A stretch of DNA of 64,000 nucleotides from Nitrospirota bacterium. Its GTDB lineage: Bacteria > Nitrospirota > Nitrospiria > Nitrospirales > Nitrospiraceae. Made by a program: the position numbers and the translations under genes. Below the pieces are notes generated by a model, which worked only from the letters and a program-made list of their open reading frames with translations, did no database searches and was not told the origin of the DNA. Where the stretch lies: NCBI GenBank assembly GCA_963703955.1, contig CAVPGK010000021.1, positions 120,065 to 184,064 on the forward strand. The letters run 5' to 3'. Positions 62,626 to 64,000 of the stretch are shown here, piece by piece (positions within the stretch are counted from its first letter, which is position 1; every line of letters begins with the position of its first letter).

Positions 62626-63855
62626 TTAGTAATGGCTGACCCCGGTTGCTGCCAGCGCTGAACCAAAGAAGGGCTTGAACCGGAGGCCGTCCAGTTCTGG
62701 CTCTTCCATTCCCTTGTGTTGAATCAGAATTTTGAAGGTGCGTCCCATTCCCTCTGGACGTAACAACTGAATGACCGACTGAAACTCGGCTGACCCCGGC
62801 TCGAGCGCGCTCAGCGCCTCTTCCACTCCCCATCCCATCAAGAAACTCATCTGATTGGTGAAGCCGGTCAGGTGGAGGCCACGCTCCTCTCCGATGGCCG
62901 CCAGGGTCGTGAAATCCACATGCGCCGTCATATCCTGCTGTCCCACGCGCGCATAAGGATTTTCGGACGCCATTTGTTGGTAGTAACAGAGCAACGTGCC
63001 CCGAGGCCGCTCGGGACCGTACAGATCCTGAGCAGTATGGCCGTAATCAACGGTGATGACGACTCCCTTTCCGAGCACTCGTGCCACTTCCTCCATCCAA
63101 CCTAATGCGTGCAGATTGATGTCGGCGATGATCCCGTCCGGAAGCGTCTGGGCCGACAGGCCGACGCGGTCCACGTACTGCAAGAGGTCCGCCGAGGACG
63201 CATCCCGCAAGCGTTCGCAGAATCGGTTCCCGTCATAGTCCACAAAAATTTCCCTGATCCGCCCTTGCTCAATCGTGATGCGGTGAACCGGAAAGGCATC
63301 AACCAGTTCGTTCGAGAGGAGCACGCCCACGACGCTCTCCGCGGCGAGGTCTTCCAACCGATCGACCCAGGACACGCGCCCCGCCGGTCCGAGCCACGCC
63401 GCCAGATGATTCCGCTGCGCGGCTCTCATGGACGGGCTGCGTTCGATGAGAACGTAATTCAGGCGGGAGAAGAAGGATTCGGAGTGTGCGGCGCAATCCT
63501 TGAGCAGATCACGAGCCAGCAGACCTTTTCCCGCTCCCATCTCAATGACCGTGAACGGATCCGGATGACCCAGCAGGTCGTCTACTTGCCGGATTTGTTT
63601 GGCCAGCGATTGCGCCAGAATGGGATGCACATCACAACTGGTGTAATAATCTCCGTCCCAGCCGATTCGTTGCTCGCCGACATCGTTGCAGTCGGCCCCA
63701 TCGTCGATCCGCGTGTAATACCCGAACTGCGGATGATACAGCGCCAATTCCATGAAACGCGAAAATGGAATGGGGCCAACCGTTTGAATTTCATCGATAA
63801 TTTCAGAAACGAGGCCGACATGTCCGCTGTTCACAGTATTCACCGTTACTTGCAA
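62626..63855 (-). CDS. SAM-dependent methyltransferase, MidA/NDUFAF7 family
   Basis: FMELALYHPQFGYY, GDYYTS, EMGAGKG, NELVDAFP, DYG, DMTAHVDF, MGRTFK. Confidence 0.9.
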   Translation of the reverse strand: MQVTVNTVNSGHVGLVSEIIDEIQTVGPIPFSRFMELALYHPQFGYYTRIDDGADCNDVGEQRIGWDGDYYTSCDVHPILAQSLAKQIRQVDDLLGHPDPFTVIEMGAGKGLLARDLLKDCAAHSESFFSRLNYVLIERSPSMRAAQRNHLAAWLGPAGRVSWVDRLEDLAAESVVGVLLSNELVDAFPVHRITIEQGRIREIFVDYDGNRFCERLRDASSADLLQYVDRVGLSAQTLPDGIIADINLHALGWMEEVARVLGKGVVITVDYGHTAQDLYGPERPRGTLLCYYQQMASENPYARVGQQDMTAHVDFTTLAAIGEERGLHLTGFTNQMSFLMGWGVEEALSALEPGSAEFQSVIQLLRPEGMGRTFKILIQHKGMEEPELDGLRFKPFFGSALAATGVSHY

Positions 63856-64000
63856 AGGAGCTGTGCTAGAGGAAGTTGGAAAGTTAACACATTAGCCCTC
63901 GGTGAGAAGGCAAGTCAAGCCAAAAGACGGTGAAACGCTAGTAGATAGTGGAGGTTATAGCAATACGTAATGTATCTTTTGCCCAGTAGAGGACAGAACC

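Overview
GC-rich bacterial window. The nuoA-B-CD-E...N gene set, the signalling genes and the intergenic repeats look Nitrospira/Nitrospirota-like (inference, not verified). 1-6.5 kb is a two-component signalling cluster. 6.9-22.4 kb is an accessory, decaying island: a cPLA2/patatin-like lipase, an IS3-family element, one intact and one decayed RelE-type toxin-antitoxin pair, a TIR-FGE pseudogene, several gene fragments, a probable degenerate integron (intI tail, attI-like site, one cassette, half attC), a GT2 gene and FadL. 22.5-34 kb holds YqhA, an acyl-CoA dehydrogenase, LemA-TPM-TPM with a MITE, and two hybrid kinases. 34.4-38.2 kb is the best candidate for a new system: a five-gene operon of three helical proteins (two are lipoproteins) plus what looks like a copper amine oxidase split into a lipoprotein N2/N3 module and a separately secreted, shortened catalytic module. 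38.4-46.6 kb has housekeeping genes (uvrC, dapF and others). 46.9-63.9 kb is the complete complex I operon (nuoM has two homopolymer frameshifts) preceded by a MidA/NDUFAF7-like methyltransferase. No rRNA, tRNA or CRISPR array was seen. All family calls come from motif recognition by eye; no searches were run.
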